From Neocallimastix sp. 'constans' (Eukaryota), in the NCBI GenBank assembly GCA_050613775.1, contig JBODTK010000014.1:744001-808000 (forward strand): a stretch of 64,000 bases of DNA. Reading direction: 5' to 3'. This document shows positions 63,034-64,000 of the stretch, piece by piece. The notes under the pieces were generated by a model. The model did no database searches. It was given only the letters and a program-made list of their open reading frames with translations, and was not told the origin of the DNA. A program made the position numbers and the translations under genes. How positions within the stretch are numbered: position 1 is the first letter of the stretch; each line of letters begins with the position of its first letter.

Positions 63034-64000
63034 ACAATAGAATAGATTCATATCAATAAATAATTAAATATTAAATAAATTGTTTTTAGAATAAAATAAA
63101 ATAAAATAAAATGTTTTCTCTCTTTTTTTTTTTTTTTTTTTTTTTTTAATTATTATTATTATTATTATAATAATAATTGTTAATCATTTATATATAATAT
63201 TTTGTATATATATTTTGTATATAACTAAAATTTAATAAACTTTTTTTTTTTTTTGTTGTTGTTTTAATATTTAAAATATTTTTTATTTAATGAAACAAAT
63301 TTTTAGATTTTTTTTTTTTTTAAAGAAAATAAAAAATTAATAAAAGAAAAAAAAAAAAAAATATATAAAATAAAATAAAAAAAAAAAAGATAAAAGATAA
63401 AAGATAAAAAAGATTATATTTAAAATCAATATAAATATATATATATATTATCTTTTTCTTTTTCTTTTTTCTTTTCTTTTTTCTTTTCTTTTTTTTTTTT
63501 AAAAAAAAAAAAATAATAATAAAAATAATGAATAATGATAAAAAAATATAAAAAATATATATATAATTAATGTATTAAAAAAAAAAACAAAATGTTATTC
63601 TCTTAATTTGCTATAAAAAAATTAATACTTTAAATAAAAAAAAAACTACTATCGAAAAACCTCTTTGAATACCCTTTTTCTATATACCTATACAATAATT
63701 ATTTTTTCTTAAATTCATGAATAACAGATATATTTATTTTCCGTGATGGTGATAGTGACAGTAATTATGGTTGTAAATATTTTGTTCTCATATTTATTAT
63801 ATTATTATTTTGTTAATGATTTTCTGACTATTATTAAAAAAAAAATAATAAAATAAAATAAAATAAAATAACTAATAATTATTATACCTAAATATAGATA
63901 TAGATATTAAATTATATTATAAAACGTTTAAAAATTTTTTTTTTTTACCATTTATTATTACTAATATTATTATTTAATTTTAATATTATTATTTTATCTT

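Overview
This is an extremely AT-rich, microsatellite-laden eukaryotic region with GT-AG introns. The composition and gene set suggest an anaerobic gut fungus (Neocallimastigomycota; inference). It contains five main things. (1) A two-exon, ~2042-aa Nrg1-like C2H2 zinc-finger gene. (2) Two decayed copies of a Ty1/copia element whose primer-binding site matches the anticodon arm of tRNA-Lys(CUU). (3) An intact single-ORF APE-RT LINE with a 15-bp target-site duplication, plus its empty paralogous site. (4) A tandem array of single-pass LRR receptor-like genes: two complete copies and one orphan last exon. (5) A bacterial-type M18 aminopeptidase that appears to have gained a spliced organelle-targeting presequence. 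The most striking system is the LRR array, most of which is invisible in the ORF track. Each LRR is one 69-nt exon bounded by phase-2 introns. The paralogs differ in LRR number (7 vs 9). Their ectodomain differences are almost all non-synonymous while the introns are nearly identical. The cytoplasmic tail is a kinase-less N/Q/M-rich repeat region ending in PPxY. All exon models and difference counts were derived by eye.
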